Positions 51,925-64,000 of a stretch of 64,000 nucleotides of DNA are shown here, piece by piece. Position 1 is the first letter of the stretch. Each line of letters starts with the position of its first letter. Source of the DNA: Octopus sinensis (taxonomy: Eukaryota); NCBI RefSeq assembly GCF_006345805.1, contig NW_021836835.1, positions 1 through 64,000 on the forward strand, given 5' to 3'. The notes under the pieces were generated by a model, which had not been told where the DNA came from, ran no database searches, and saw only the letters and a list, made by a program, of their open reading frames with translations. The translations under genes were made by a program, and so were the position numbers.

Positions 51925-52526
51925 ATATATATATATATATATATATAGTGGTGTGTGTATGCATATATATTTGCATACGTGCACATACACACAGACACAC
52001 AGACACACACACGATTCATGATGTCGCAACTGTTGGATAATAATAGAATAGTCTGTTGTATATTGAACAATAATTGCAAAGAACAACTTTGAACTTTAGG
52101 TTAGAAAACTTCTGTCTTTGGTCACGTGTTCAACAGAATGGTTTTGGTTAACATCGGAGACGATAATTGACTCATTAATATGCATTGGCTTCACCAATAT
52201 TCTGCGTCGTCATCATCGTCATCACTTCCACCAGCACAAAAAAAAAATCATCACCACCGAAACCACCATCATTACCGTCAGCGTGACAACCACTATCATC
52301 ATCATCATGAACATCGTTATCATCATTATCATCATCACAGCAACAACGTTACCAGACTAACACTGCGGCAACACCACCACTATCACCGTCACTGCTGCTC
52401 CCCCTCCTCATCCACCTCTTCATCATCATCATCATCATCATTATCATCTTCATCATCACCGCCGCCGCCACCGCCATCACCACCACCACTACCACTACCA
52501 TCATCATCATCATCATCATCATCATC

Positions 52527-52578
<52 letters not shown>

Positions 52579-52792
52579 CCACCACCACCACCACCATCGT
52601 CATCGTCATTATTATCATCCCCTTCAAATAATATATTATTACCAGTAGAGTTACCAAGAATTTCATGACTTTTAAAATTTATGGCCGATGTTGTTGGTAC
52701 TTAACCCCCAGGTCAGCCTTAACCGAGCAGATTTATGATCAAAGACATTCTAGCCGCTGCGACGATCCACTACCACCACTAACACCACCACC

Positions 52793-52824
<32 letters not shown>

Positions 52825-52899
52825 ATCATTATTATTATTATTATTATTATTATCGTATACACACAACAGATTAGACTGTTGGAAAAGAAATATTCCTAA

Positions 52900-53480
52900 C
52901 ATCGGATTACAACAACTAACCCTAGATGCCAAGAACCCCTCTAAACATCCTAGATGTCCCTAATAACACAGTTTTCTGGAGCTGTCCAGATCTTTAGGGA
53001 TAGTTCCTAATGCACCTGTAACTACTGGGATACATTTTACCTGCACTTTCTTGTAATTCAATGGCTAGGTCATGGTATTTTGCTATTTTTACTATACCTC
53101 TCATATTGATTTTTTCATCATTTGGGACTGTAAAGTCAATTAAATGGCATTTTCTATTCTCTTTACCTACTACTACTAAATCAGGTATTCTAGCTTCTAT
53201 TACTCCGTCAGTCCTAATGTTAAAGTCCCACAACTAGTTTCATTTCTTTCTTTCCAATACTTTCCTATGTTCATTTTCATACCATTTATCAGTATGGTCA
53301 AATCCTACATAACTCCCAGTGGATTACTCTTCCTAGACTGTCTTTTCTTGTATTGTTTCTGTGTCAGCTACATTCACTTACTGCATGAATAACACTTTCC
53401 GCTTTTGTTTTGCATAACCTACATTGGGAATCTACTTGGTTTTAATCTATCTTAGCGTTTATCCAATTAGTCCTTAATGC
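52900..53480 (-). mobile_element. Decayed R4/Dong-like LINE, RLE domain
   Basis: ORF 52994-53233: WDFNIRTDGVIEARIPDLVVV...LIDFTVPND...KIAKYHDLAIEL (PD..D..K endonuclease signature). Confidence 0.8.
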
Positions 53481-53639
53481 TTGATCTTATGCAGCTGAAT
53501 ACACATTTCGGGCTCCGTTTTCAGCTTTCCTTACTGCAAACATAGTCATGTCTTACTACTACAATTTGATGCATCTTTGGGAAACTACCATGCAACACCT
53601 TCTTCTGCCAGTCAGAAAATTTCTGGGTTGGGGGATTAA

Positions 53640-54470
53640 CTACGTTTCGGTTCCCTATGTCTTGCTGTGACTCTAGCAACTTTTAAAAACATTTCTTCAA
53701 TATTACCTATATAGGAGATGGACTGGAATTGGTGCGTGCTACTCGGTTCCGAGCAGTTGTCAGCAGCTTTCCAACAGCACTTTACGCGGCTAATTGGGGA
53801 GGGTGATAGGTCACCGACGGTAGCGTATTTTAGTTTGTACCTGTACGGACTGCCGTGGCTCTCTGCAGCGAACACGATGTTCTGCGAAAATCTGATAAAA
53901 GCCGCTGAAATTCGGGTGGTAATGGGCGATTGCACAAGTTGTAGGTCATCTGGTTTGGATGTTTTGCTCTATGAATTCTATGTGTTCGTGCCGGATTTTT
54001 TTGGCGCCCTCTTGGCAGACGTCTACCGTAACTAGTAATAGAACGGGAGAATTCCTAGTGCTGTTAGCCGAATGTGATGACATTGCTGAAGATAGACGCT
54101 GACAGGGGGCGTGCTAAGTAATTATCGGCCAATAACTCTGCTAAACATAGAGTTTAAGATCTTGACGAAGGTGCTAGCGAAAATGTGGACACTTGCCGTC
54201 GGTAGCCTGGTCGAGAAAGTGCCAACGTGTACTCTCCCGAAGAGGTTTATCTGCAATACCTACTTTATGCGATTCATCATAAAGCAAGCTGCTACTAAAG
54301 CTTGCTTCGGAGGGGGCCTGGTCAATTTTAATCAGTCGAAGGCATTTAATAGTGTAGGCCATCGCTATCTGGAAGCTGTCCTTAAAGCAGCCGGTTTCAG
54401 ACCCGTTTTCATAGGCCGGATCTCTGCAATGCCCAGCGGCACCTTCTCGGGGATCGAACTAAATGTCCAC
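53640..54470 (+). mobile_element. Decayed Tx1/L1-clade reverse transcriptase fragment
   Basis: SSGLDVLLYEFY, NYRPITLLNIEFKILTKVLAK, NQSKAFNSVGHRYLEAVLKAAGF motifs, broken by stops and frameshift. Confidence 0.85.
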
Positions 54471-54599
54471 ACATCTCATCTTAGTTCTTCAAATAATTTG
54501 TCGTTAAAAGTTGTACAGATCATTTTGCCTAAGTTTTAATGAATATATTATCTTGTGTCTCTTGAGCGGCACGAATTGAAAGATATATATTGTTTGGAG

Positions 54600-55130
54600 T
54601 CTGTAGGTTTATAATGAATATCTGATTTTATTTTGTTGTGGTCATTCTTTCTCAGGATGTATAAAAATCGAATCAGTCTTCACTATATTCAGTAGTGAAG
54701 TGTATATTTCTAATAATTACATTGAGTGATGCTTTGAATTCTTTTACCGTCAACGAGATATCTTTTCTAGCTTTTTTTTAAATATGTTTTTGCCAATAAA
54801 AGTCTTCACTGAACATGAAAAATCTATTGTATTCATGATTAATTATTTTTCTATAATTAATTATTTTTCAAAGACTTGCGGTCATTCACCTGAATAATTT
54901 ATCCAACTACAATTAAATGTCTTCAATTCCAAAGTCACAAGGGATGTCTGAACAAACCTTCACGACATCGAAAGATACAATAAAAGTTTTTGAAATGACT
55001 GATTTCGGAATATTATTTAGCAATTCTAATCGTCTCTCATAAAAAATTTAATTTGTTTGAAGGACTGTTTGTGTTGGGTCTCTAAAAGCTTACTGAATCA
55101 ATGAATTTTACTCACCGGACAAGCGAGTAT
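54600..55130 (-). mobile_element. Penelope-like element RT fragment
   Basis: Minus-strand translation LELLNNIPKSVISKTFIVSFDVVKVCSDIPCDFGIEDI, matching the PLE LVSFDV..LYTNIP...GIEAI motif; many stops. Confidence 0.6.
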
Positions 55131-55239
55131 TTTGTAAGAAAAACAGATGGGCTTCCATGAGTCAAATCATAAAAGGCGAACTCTTACAGTATAAGGAAAT
55201 CGTCTTGAAAATGATTATGACCGTAGTAAATTTTGATAA

Positions 55240-55415
55240 CCTATTTAGGAAAAACAGGAAACTGCTAAAAATGCACAAAGCACACCAGCCTCAAATTAAT
55301 ACCGGCAAGTTCTACCTGCCAAGAAAGAAAATAAACAGAGGATTGCTAAATGTAGAAGACACCGTTTGCGCTGCAATACTGAGGCTGGAAACAGGGAAAA
55401 AAGTATAACGTCAGT
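55240..55415 (+). mobile_element. Fragment of the LINE RT thumb region (R4/Dong- or RTE-like)
   Basis: RKNRKLLKMHKAHQP...KFYLPRKKINRGLLNVED resembles the RKTRKLLTMH..HP..RLYLPR..GGRGL..IED consensus. Confidence 0.6.
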
Positions 55416-55499
55416 AGCAAGAAAAATACCCAAATACCCAACAGCAACAGCAACAACAACAACAACCTAATGCATTAAACAGCCGAGATTTTGCTTCAG

Positions 55500-57010
55500 T
55501 AGCAAAACCAAGCAATCAATTCTGTAAGACGCATGACATGTCAGAGTCGAGAAGGGGTCGTTGCAATGGGTCGAAATTTGCTGGTGTCGTTTGTTCCTCT
55601 GACAAGAGCTGTGTTATTGGTGTTTTTGTAGGCGCTGTGGTGGTGGTGGTCGTGGTCAGCGCCTCTCTTGTTGTTGGCGTTGTTGTTTTTCATATAGTTG
55701 TTGTTGGTGTCGGTGGTTTTGCTGGAGCTATTTCTGCTTTCTTTTCTTGGGGTTTCTTCTGTTGTTGGGGCCGCTTCTGTTGTTGGGGCCGCTTGTGTCG
55801 TTGGGGTTGCTTCTGTTGTTGTGGTGTGGGTGGGTGGTGGATGCATCAAAGGGTTAGTGCCCTCCTGTTTTAGATGTGGACAGAAGGCTTTCAGTTGGTT
55901 ATTCTGTCCACATTGATAACATCTTGGTCTTCTGTCTTCAACTGTGACGGTCAGCATATTACAATCTGGAAGGCTGAGTTTGGTCAGGAATTTCTTCCAA
56001 AACGTCTTGGTTTATTTGGACCATTATTTGCAATTCGAGACCAGTCCAGTCGTTTTTTTTTTCTTTGTTTCTCGACTTGGAAGATTCTTATTTTATCCTC
56101 CAAGTCGAGAAGGGCGGCTGCGACAATCCAGCAAGCGCTCATTTCTAGTGCAACCGCCAGTTTTTTTCTGTCTTGGCGACACGTCGTCCCAAGTATGGGA
56201 GAACTTGAACAAGCTCACAGTTTCTCAGCTGGGCTGTTGAGTGTTATTTTGCTACGTCTTCTGTAGCAAATCTTACTTCAATTGTTCCATGTTTCTTACC
56301 CCTCGCCAGATAAGTTACAGCTTTCCAAATGGGTTGCATTTTTCAACTGTTTCATTTCCGGCAGTTTCTATACGTTTATGTTTTTAATGATATAGTTTTG
56401 TACACTATGATAAGTTTGTTTTCTCTATAATCTCTGGTGGTGTGTTTATCGAAACACATCGTTCGCCTTTTTTTCTTTTTAACATGTTTTGGTAGTGTTT
56501 GAGAGATTCTACAAAAACATTAAGGAATTCAGTTCTAAGCTTTGTCATTGAAGCAAAAACATCGGCTGTTTAATGCGTTGGGTTATTGTTGTTGTTGTTT
56601 TGTTCAATGTGTTAGTGTTGGTGGTGGTGGTAGTGGGAGGGCTTGGATTCACAGGTGTTGCGACGCTGGCAGCTGAATTCCTTTGCTCTTTTCCTCTTCC
56701 TTCTCGCGTTTCTTTTCTTCTTTTTACCTCTGTTGCTCAGCGTTGCACGTGCTAGCAAGATTTTCTGCCTTTTAAGGCGCGGAGTGGGCAGCGACAAGTA
56801 ATTTTTACCCTTTTTTGGCTGTCTCCCGTCAACAGAGCGGCTGAAGTCAAAAAGAATGGAAGAGCTGACACACTTCTCCAAGGACATTTTTTTCATATTT
56901 AAAACATTGGAAACTTTTCAAAAAATGGAAATTTTAAATTGAAAATTCACCCCAAGAGGGGAAGAGTCCCGCCTAACCACTCAGCTCAGCAAGATCCCAG
57001 TGGGCCTGAC
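55500..57010 (-). mobile_element. 5' portion (ORF1) of a non-LTR retrotransposon with a zinc knuckle
   Basis: Minus strand: YLARGKKHGTIEVRFATEDVAK...PYLGRRVAK...DWTGLELQI...VTVEDRRPRCYQCGQNNQLKAFC (CX2CX4[H>Q]X4C), followed by a Thr/Pro/Asn-rich tail; contains stops and frameshifts. Confidence 0.7.
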
Positions 57011-57129
57011 CACAGAAATATCGTAAAAATTCTCAGATATAACAATGTTATCTGTAAAAATTGCACAAAACCTTACAGCTCACGAACACAAGTCCTTCCC
57101 CTTTGAAATCCGCGAACAGAGTTCGTTAA

Positions 57130-57400
57130 CGATAATAGAAACCAATTTGAAAATGATACCAGGCTTACCATCCCTACGGAAGTTCAAAAAGTCGTGTTAA
57201 CTGGAACGACTCATGTACTGAGAAGAGCAATATCGCTGTGAAAACAACATCCATTCATGAATTTATTTATTTATTTATTTATTTTTTTAAATATATATTT
57301 TACCTGTGAATTTGCGTGTGCAATCTGGGAATGCATACAACGAGCTTCTCTACCCTAGGTGTACGGAAAACACTCGGCGAGAAATGGAAGAACATTTGAA
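57130..57400 (+). mobile_element. 3' terminus of an R4/Dong-like LINE
   Basis: MIPGLPSL / EVQKVVLTGTTHVLRRAISL* (frameshifted), followed by 3'UTR-like sequence and trinucleotide tails. Confidence 0.7.
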
Positions 57401-57409
57401 GAAAGAAGA

Positions 57410-57438
57410 AAAAACACACAACAACAACAACAACAACA

Positions 57439-57488
<50 letters not shown>

Positions 57489-57626
57489 TGATGATGAATG
57501 ATGATGATGATTATGATGATGATGATGATAGAAAAAATAATAATAATACTAATAATGATGATGATGATGATATAATAATATGATAATAATAATAATATAT
57601 GATGTATGATGATTGAGATGATGATG

Positions 57627-57662
<36 letters not shown>

Positions 57663-57694
57663 TGATGATGATGATGATGATGATGATAATAATG

Positions 57695-57771
<77 letters not shown>

Positions 57772-57775
57772 AATA

Positions 57776-57842
<67 letters not shown>

Positions 57843-57860
57843 TAATATGATAATTATTGC
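57410..57860 (+). repeat. (AAT)n/(GAT)n compound microsatellite. Similar low-complexity (CAT/CAC)n tracts at 23270-23640 and 52200-52860
   Basis: Direct reading. Confidence 0.9.
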
Positions 57861-58619
57861 CTCATTCACTCACGACGTTACTTCCACTTTCTTTCCTTCT
57901 ATCATAGCAACAGAGAGGTTTACCTTTATTAACACTTCAACAGCAGAAGTAGACAATTTTTGTGTCTAACATAAGCTATGCATATACCGCATAGGTCGAC
58001 ATTACCTTCGATCCTTTACAGGTTGATAAGATATTACCATTTTATCACTAGGTTTGGCGTAATCGACTTGCTCACACCACCGAAATTGCTATGAGTGAGA
58101 ATTAAAATTCACTTCGTTTCTTCTCTGAAAAAAAAACAACAAACCTCATTCAAATGTAATTGAATTACGTTCAATGAAGAATCGATTTGACGAAGTTTTG
58201 GTGAAGCAACAGAAACGAAACAGAATTAACTGTTTCCTATTACCTAAAGAAACATAAACCGAGGCTTATCGTTGCCAGTTAATATATTTCAATGATGGAC
58301 CGTTATGTTTTTCCGATTGGGAATTCAAATTCCTAAAGAGCTTATAATAAACAAAGGTGTGAATAAATTAACCTGATGAAAGTAAAGAAGAATATTAATC
58401 GTATTTTAAATAATGGAATTCTTAAAGGAAAATAAATAGTAATAAAAAAAACCATGAAGGAATTGAGACAAAAGATAAAAGTGGAAGGCGAAATGAGTGA
58501 TCATCTATCATTCGTATGTATGTATATGTTTGCATATACATGCATGTGTGTGTCTGAGAGTGTGCTTCCGCATGTATATATATATACGTATATACATACA
58601 TATATATATATATATAATA

Positions 58620-58698
<79 letters not shown>

Positions 58699-58722
58699 CG
58701 TATATACATACATATATATATC

Positions 58723-59245
58723 AACTATGCGAAACTGTTCGTTGGCTACGTTGACACCCAAATATTTTCAGGATTCCCTGGTCTCACTCCCGAACGATAC
58801 GGTCGTTATATTGATGACTGTATCGGCGCGACCTCACTCTCTCCTGAACAACTAGACTCCTTTCTCTCACCTGTCCAATCTTTCCATCCGGCTGTCGAAT
58901 TTTCCTGTACTATTTCCAACACTTCCGTCTCCATTCCCGACACTTCGGTCAACATACACGACTCCGCTCTCGCTACTTCCGTCCACTACAAACACACCGA
59001 CTCATCCTCATACCTCAACATCTCTCCCTTCTTACCCAATCCCTTATACCCAGCTCTCCATCCCCTATACCCAATTCCTCTATCTCAGCAGTCTCTGCAG
59101 TGATAACAATGGTTTGGAGACTCAGTCTCAACTCATGGCTCGCCACTGCATCCTTCGTGGATATCCCTTCACCATTATCTATACAGACCTTGCCAGAACA
59201 CGTTCCATGGACCGTTCCTCTCTCCCCCTCCATCCCTGCACCCTC
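58723..59245 (+). mobile_element. Penelope-like element RT catalytic and thumb fragment (not in the ORF track)
   Basis: NYAKLFVGYV...YGRYIDDCIG...SFHPAVEFS...TSVHYKHTDSSSYL, then frameshifted SIPYTQFLYLSSLCSD...RGYP. YIDD catalytic motif present. Confidence 0.85.
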
Positions 59246-59318
59246 CCCGCTTTGAATTAAATGTGACCATTTTGCGTTGAGTCTGCAGTTTGAATCACTT
59301 TAACCAAATTTTAGCAGG

Positions 59319-59903
59319 CCGGATTTTTGATCATCACGATGCATCGCCAGCGACTCCCTGAAATCCCCGTTGAGAAATCTATTATATATATAATAATACT
59401 TTCAATGTGACTCCCGAGAAAGAGTAAAAGTAATTATCCGATGAACGACAGGTATTACTGCTAGTATTAATATATATCAGTATTATATATTAATTTTAAT
59501 GTATAATATACTGTATTCACATTAAAAGTTAATTTGGACACTAAAAGCCATTCTAATTAATAGTCAATCCAATATACATTAGCGGCGATAATGAATTTTT
59601 CGTAGACTGCTTTATTGATTTATATAATAATACTGATGAAACATGAATACTCATACTTAAACACACACAGACACACACATAGAAGCACATATGCATATAA
59701 AGGAACGCATGTATTAAATAAATACATATATGATTCCATAGACAATATAATGTAATAACATATATAAAATGTATGTATGTGTATATATTATGTGTTTATA
59801 TATATATATGTGTATGTATGTATGTATGTATGTATATATCTATATATATATATTATATATATAGCTATATATATATATATTATATAGATATATATATGAG
59901 TAC

Positions 59904-59935
<32 letters not shown>

Positions 59936-59957
59936 GTGCATATATATATATATCTAC

Positions 59958-60013
<56 letters not shown>

Positions 60014-60079
60014 ATGTGTGTATATGTGTATATATATATATACACACACATACATGCATACATACATACACACACATAC

Positions 60080-60121
<42 letters not shown>

Positions 60122-60219
60122 ATATACACCACCTCTTTTTGTACACCTGTCTTCGTCTTTTGTTTTTTCGTAAACTCTCCTTATATATATATATATATTA
60201 AAAATATTATTTGAGACAA

Positions 60220-60285
<66 letters not shown>

Positions 60286-60503
60286 TTTATTCTTTATTCT
60301 TAATATGTTTCAGTCATTTGACTGCGGCCATACTGTAGCACCACGGTACAGGGTCTTGTTGTCGAAGAAATCAATTGCAGGTCGTATTCTTTGTAAATCT
60401 TGAACTTATTCTATCGAATAAGGGGCGAAAACGCACGACCATCGGTTGCCAAGTGATGGTAGTGGGGACAAATACAGACACTAAGACACACATAAATACA
60501 TTC

Positions 60504-60553
<50 letters not shown>

Positions 60554-61298
60554 GTGTGTGTATGTATGTGTGTGTGTATGTATGTGTGTGTGTTTGTGTG
60601 TGTGTGTGTATTCTTTTATTGTTTCTGTTCGTTTCAGTTATTTGACTGCGGCCATGCTTGAGCACCGCCTTTAGTCAAACAAATCGACCCCGGGGCTTAT
60701 TCTTTGTAAGCCTAGTACTTATTCTATCGCTCAGTTTTGCCGAACCATTAAGTTACAGGGACGTAAACGTACCAACCGGATTTTTGATCATCACGATGCA
60801 TCGCCAGCGACTCCCTGAAATCCCCGTTGAGAAATCTATTATATATATAATAATACTTTCAATGTGACTCCCGAGAAAGAGTAAAAGTAATTATCCGATG
60901 AACGACAGGTATTACTGCTAGTATTAATATATATCAGTATTATATATTAATGATTTTAATGTATAAATATACTGTATTCACATTAAAAGTTAATTTGGAC
61001 ACTAAAAGCCATTCTAATTAATAGTCAATCCAATATACATTAGCGGCGATAATGAATTTTTCGTAGACTGCTTTATTGATTTATATAATAATACTGATGA
61101 AACATGAATACTCATACTTAAACACACACAGACACACACATAGAAGCACATATGCATATAAGGAACGCATGTATTAAATAAATACATATATGATTCCATA
61201 GACATATAATGTAATAACATATTAAAATGTATGTATGTGTATATATATATGTGTTTATATATATATATGTGTATGTATGTATGTATGTATGTATATAT

Positions 61299-61344
<46 letters not shown>

Positions 61345-61360
61345 AGATATATATATGTAC

Positions 61361-61392
<32 letters not shown>

Positions 61393-61396
61393 GTGC

Positions 61397-61468
<72 letters not shown>

Positions 61469-61546
61469 ATGTGTGTATATGTGTATATATATATATACAC
61501 ACACATACATGCATACATACATACACACACATACATATATATACAT

Positions 61547-61577
<31 letters not shown>

Positions 61578-61959
61578 ATACACCACCTCTCTTTTGTACA
61601 CCACCTGTCTTCGTCTTTTGTTTTTTCGTAAACTCCTTATATATATATATATATATAAAAATATTATTGAGACAAATATATATATATATGTATATATATA
61701 TAATAATATATATATATAATATATATATTATATATATATTCTTTATTCTTTTATTCTTATATGTTTCAGTCATTTGACTGCGGCCATACTGTAGCACCAC
61801 GGTACAGGGTCTTGTTGTCGAAGAAATCAATTGCAGGTCGTATTCTTTGTAAATCTTGAACTTATTCTATCGAATAAGGGGCGAAAACGCACGACCATCG
61901 GTTGCCAAGTGATGGTAGTGGGGACAAATACAGACACTAAGACACACATAAATACATTC

Positions 61960-61996
<37 letters not shown>

Positions 61997-62234
61997 TGTG
62001 TATGTATGTGTGTGTGTATGTATGTGTGTGTGTATGTATGTGTGTGTGTTTGTGTGTGTGTGTGTGTATTCTTTTATTGTTTCTGTTCGTTTCAGTTATT
62101 TGACTGCGGCCATGCTTGAGCACCGCCTTTAGTCAAACAAATCGACCCCGGGGCTTATTCTTTGTAAGCCTAGTACTTATTCTATCGCTCAGTTTTGCCG
62201 AACCATTAAGTTACAGGGACGTAAACGTACCAAC
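59319..62234 (+). repeat. Direct tandem duplication of a ~1.46-kb unit (59319-60775 and 60776-62234)
   Basis: Both units start ccggatttttgatcatcacgatgcatcgccagcg and end agttacagggacgtaaacgtaccaac. Differences are mainly microsatellite lengths and small indels. Confidence 0.92.
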
Positions 62235-62295
62235 ATCGTTTGTCAAGCGATGGTCGGAGTGAAACACAGACACACAAATATATACATATATACAT

Positions 62296-62365
<70 letters not shown>

Positions 62366-62563
62366 ATTTATATACGACAGGCTTCTTTCAGTTTCTGTCT
62401 ACTAAATTCACTCACAAGGCTTTGGTCGGCCCGAGGCTATAGTAGAAGACAATTACCCCAGGTGCCACGCAGTGGGACTGAACCCGGAACCATGTGGGTG
62501 GTAAACAAGCTATTTATCACATAGCCACTGCTGCGCCCATCTATCTATCTATCTAATTATCTA

Positions 62564-62620
<57 letters not shown>

Positions 62621-62646
62621 ATGCATATATACATATATGCGTGCAA

Positions 62647-62736
<90 letters not shown>

Positions 62737-64000
62737 GGATAGATAGATATGGAGGAGAAATAGAGTAATGTAGAATGTGTTTCCATCCTTTTCTCCAATA
62801 TTTGACGGTGACGCTGGAGTATCTCCCCGTTTATTTTCGTTTTCTTGGCTTGCGTAAACATATGAGTTTTCAGCTTTTGTATGGAGTTCAGTGTTCCACT
62901 TTTATTTCTATCTCAGATACTACTCACATTACATACTTATACGTCTCTGTAAACTACTTGTTGGTTTAGTTAACTCTAAGAAAACACAACCACCATTAAT
63001 AGTACTTGCAAATGTAGCCTTAAAAATGCAAAATGTATTGTGAAATCACTCTCTCTCTCTCTGTCTATCAGCCTTTCTGTGAACTTTGTACATCGTTTGA
63101 AACTTATATTTGTATATCGATCAATATAACACTTTTTATATATTATATATCCCGTCATTAAGCCACTATTCGGGAAGGATTTAATATAAATATTCTTGGT
63201 GATAATCAGCCGGCTTATTTATATCAACTTCTATAATGATTATAATTGAGAACATGAATTGTGATATCTCCTGCTTTTGTAGGTGTTTACAAAGAAGCTA
63301 CTATCACACACTTACAAAAGGAAAAATCGATAGTTATTCTTTTGTTGCTAGGATTAGGATAAAAAAATTGGAAATTGTTAAGAGTCACGGAACCCTTAAG
63401 GATCAAGTGGAAACCTCTTAATTGTCTCGATTTGAATTCATCCAAACAAGAGAGAGATCACAATAATTTGGCGAGAAATTGTAGCGTGTGATTGTCGGAG
63501 AATTCAATCTACTTATTTTCCAGATTTTCTCATTATTGGACATCCTTTCTCGTTTGGAGGAATGCAGTAAACACAAAGAATATGTAAGATTATGTACAAC
63601 GATTTCACATAGAAACGAAATAATACAAAAAAATATTTCATTTTCGGAACGCAGACTCTCGAAGCAGCTAGAGTCATAATCTAATACTTATCTTTAACAT
63701 GTTCTTGAGAATGATTATTTATGTTGTAATCTTTTGTGCCCAATATTTTAAGGAACCTGTTAAACTTTTTTATGTCCTTAACATGTCCTTGTTACCAAAG
63801 ACTGTATATATGTAATGTAGCATTTTCTAACAACCAATAATTAACGCAACCAAACTTCTACATTTGACTTTTGACAATCTTTTTCCAAAGAGTGAAACCG
63901 GTAAAGTAAATAAATATCTTTTAAAATTTCATTTTCAACCGTCTTCGTAGATATATATATATATTATATATATATCTATAATATATATATATATATATTG

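Overview
Eukaryotic, very AT-rich, microsatellite- and transposon-saturated DNA. The SINE families, Penelope/mariner/RLE-LINE remnants and dense (TA)n/(TG)n/(GATA)n/(AAT)n tracts most resemble an octopus (coleoid cephalopod) genome; this is inferred from recognition, not a database search. Almost all ORFs in the supplied track are microsatellite or TE artefacts. The main signal is absent from the ORF track: three small + strand exons (7162-7216, 8198-8269, 13066-13219) with canonical AG/GT sites and matching phases. They splice into a prohormone-like precursor (acidic spacer, KR and RR sites) ending in an 8-Cys knottin, CSKWQMACTTSSKRPDARCCSGLVCKCNIWGANCRCDDTLG*, of agatoxin-like peptide (ALP)/omega-agatoxin-IV type. 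Its signal-peptide exon was not securely found. Other content: a 5'-truncated degenerate U6 snRNA copy, a 15-nt microexon candidate, two ~190-nt fold-back palindromes, a fossil Penelope-type minimal hammerhead motif, a CRE cluster, a GC/CCAAT promoter-like patch, a 1.46-kb tandem duplication, and many decayed mariner, Tx1/L1-like, R4/Dong-like, Penelope and SINE copies. No rRNA, intact tRNA or CRISPR. TE boundaries are approximate unless TIR/TSD coordinates are given.
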